A DNA stretch of 63,769 bases, filler included, from Reticulomyxa filosa (Eukaryota; Protista; Foraminifera): assembly GCA_000512085.1 (NCBI GenBank). It is 18 parts of 18 records of this genome, joined end to end, with 100 filler letters (N's around TTAATTAATTAA, not from the genome) between each part and the next. Parts side by side here need not be neighbours in the genome. Positions count along the whole stretch, not along the records: positions 62,424 to 63,769 come from ASPP01004983.1; 17 more parts are not named here. One strand, 5' to 3'. The position numbers were made by a program, and so were the translations under genes. Of the stretch, positions 62,424 to 63,769 are shown piece after piece (within the stretch, counting starts at the first letter, position 1; every line of letters begins with the position of its first letter). The notes under the pieces were generated by a model. The model was given only the letters and a program-made list of their open reading frames with translations. It had not been told where the DNA came from and ran no database searches.

Positions 62424-63600
62424 AAAAAAAAAAAAAAGAAAGAGGAAGTTGCATGTGCAATAAAAGATAGTTATAGCCAAGCTCAAGCATAAAGTGCATG
62501 TTTGTGATCACTTAACTTTCAGTACAAGACAAAATCGCCAGGCCAACTCGATGTAATGTCTTAATTCATACAATTACATACACATGTATACGTATATGTC
62601 ATATATATGTATATATACAAATAGATCAAAACTTTGAAGCCATCAATCAAAAACAAATCAAAGACTCGAAAGGTGACAGCCAAAGGCAAAATGTACGAAA
62701 AGATAGTGATGAACCATTCGCTAGCAAACGAGGAGATGTCAATTTCGTGAAGACGCAGGTGATCAAATAGCGTCGGGATGTGCTGTTGCAGCAAGGTTTC
62801 AAACTGCGTCAATGCGACCACGCACGCCGGCAAGGCTTTGGAAAACATATATCGCAGGCCATATCCCTTTTGTCCGGTTTTCGACATTCCTAACTCTACT
62901 TCCACGCAATCTGTTTTGGCTAATAATTTTATTTTTTTGCATTGAAAAAGCTATCATGACACAAGCAATAACACAATCATTGTTTCTTTGCTTTTGGGAT
63001 GGAAACATCACTCGTAGCTTACTGTCAACTAACCCAATGCATTTTGTTTGGTCTCCTTTCTTGAAATTACACAATGATCTCCTTGCTACTCCTCTTATAT
63101 GACTTCTAGACCGTAAGCCAGCAAACGCAGATGTTCGTCTCGCAAGTGCTATGCTTCTGTTTGGGTTTGTAGATACTGCAATAGGACCAATTGGTTGTGA
63201 TATGCCAAAGTAAAAATCAAAATGAAATTCTTGTATATAATGATATGTTTTTGATGTCAGTGTTGTTACAACCTGGTTCCACGGACCTTGAAAAAATACC
63301 TGTAAACAATCTGTCATTTTTTCCACTCACATTGGGAAATATTATCCCAACGTTAGAAAAATTTGTAAAATTACTATTTGGATATGTTGTCATAAACCAG
63401 ATTGTAAATGCAAGAGTCCTTGCTTGATACGTTTCCCTGAGCAATAAATCGATAGTTTAAAAACAAATTAATACGGGTAAGATCAATTGCATTAAAAGCG
63501 TTTCTAAGTGCGCTCGCAGTTTGCGCATTATATGGATTTAACATAGTATTCGCGTTCATTGTTTCATCAGTATAAGTCCGGGTACGCAATAAAACAATAT
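62424..63600 (-). CDS. TBC-domain RabGAP, internal exons
   Basis: YGLRYMFS..LP...LTQFETLLQQHIPTLFDHL...DISSFASEWFITIFSYILPLAVTFRVFDLFLIDGFKVL at 62630-62905. Upstream exons uncertain. Confidence 0.88.
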
Positions 63601-63769
63601 TTGCTTCTTAATAAAAAAGATAAAAAGATAAAAACTTGATATAGTAAAGAGTGAACTAAAAAAAGTCTTTGTAGGATCCCCGGGACATTGCAAAAAAAAA
63701 ATTTTTAAAACTGGCAAGAGTTTGTAATTAAAGGTCAAAGTCAAATTTTCCATGTAAAAAAGCAACACA

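Noticed and set aside
1-63769. Non-standard genetic code or stop readthrough to explain fragmented ORFs
   Set aside because: Breaks in conserved genes coincide with GT..AG introns, and long exons translate cleanly in the standard code.

Overview
This is not a contiguous locus. It is 18 small AT-rich eukaryotic contigs joined by 17 identical artificial 100-bp spacers (N44-TTAATTAATTAA-N44), so no gene neighbourhood across a spacer can be trusted. Genes are short-intron, GT-AG and standard code. The WD40 family with the N-terminal 'IQIIIHHWIRVLKIKLGW' motif, the homopolymer-rich introns and the many pseudogenes suggest a foraminiferan such as Reticulomyxa filosa (inference). Recognisable genes: a universal stress protein, a histidine phosphatase, TTLL2-like tubulin glutamylase, DNAJC25-like, a CTD small phosphatase, WDR34/DYNC2I2, BRX1, PRUNE exopolyphosphatase, an XK-family protein, PP2A B56, a divergent annexin, a Cys-less pentameric ligand-gated ion channel, mitochondrial bL9, an F-box/E2(UBC) fusion lacking the catalytic Cys, a CDPK-like pseudokinase, a SFI1-like protein, WD40 gene plus pseudogene, 7TM-RGS and a TBC RabGAP. 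Mobile DNA: two decayed LINEs and four ends of a TA|CAGTAG long-TIR DNA transposon. The best novelty candidates are (1) the F-box/pseudo-E2 fusion, (2) a 15-aa tandem-repeat protein with near-invariant amino acids but scrambled codons and a Trp/Ser/His/KxxK tail resembling diatom biomineral proteins, (3) introns with T-rich 5' parts and A-rich acceptors, (4) the Pro-loop channel and (5) a set of cilium/centriole genes. All family calls come from motif recognition by eye; no searches were run, and exon boundaries are approximate.
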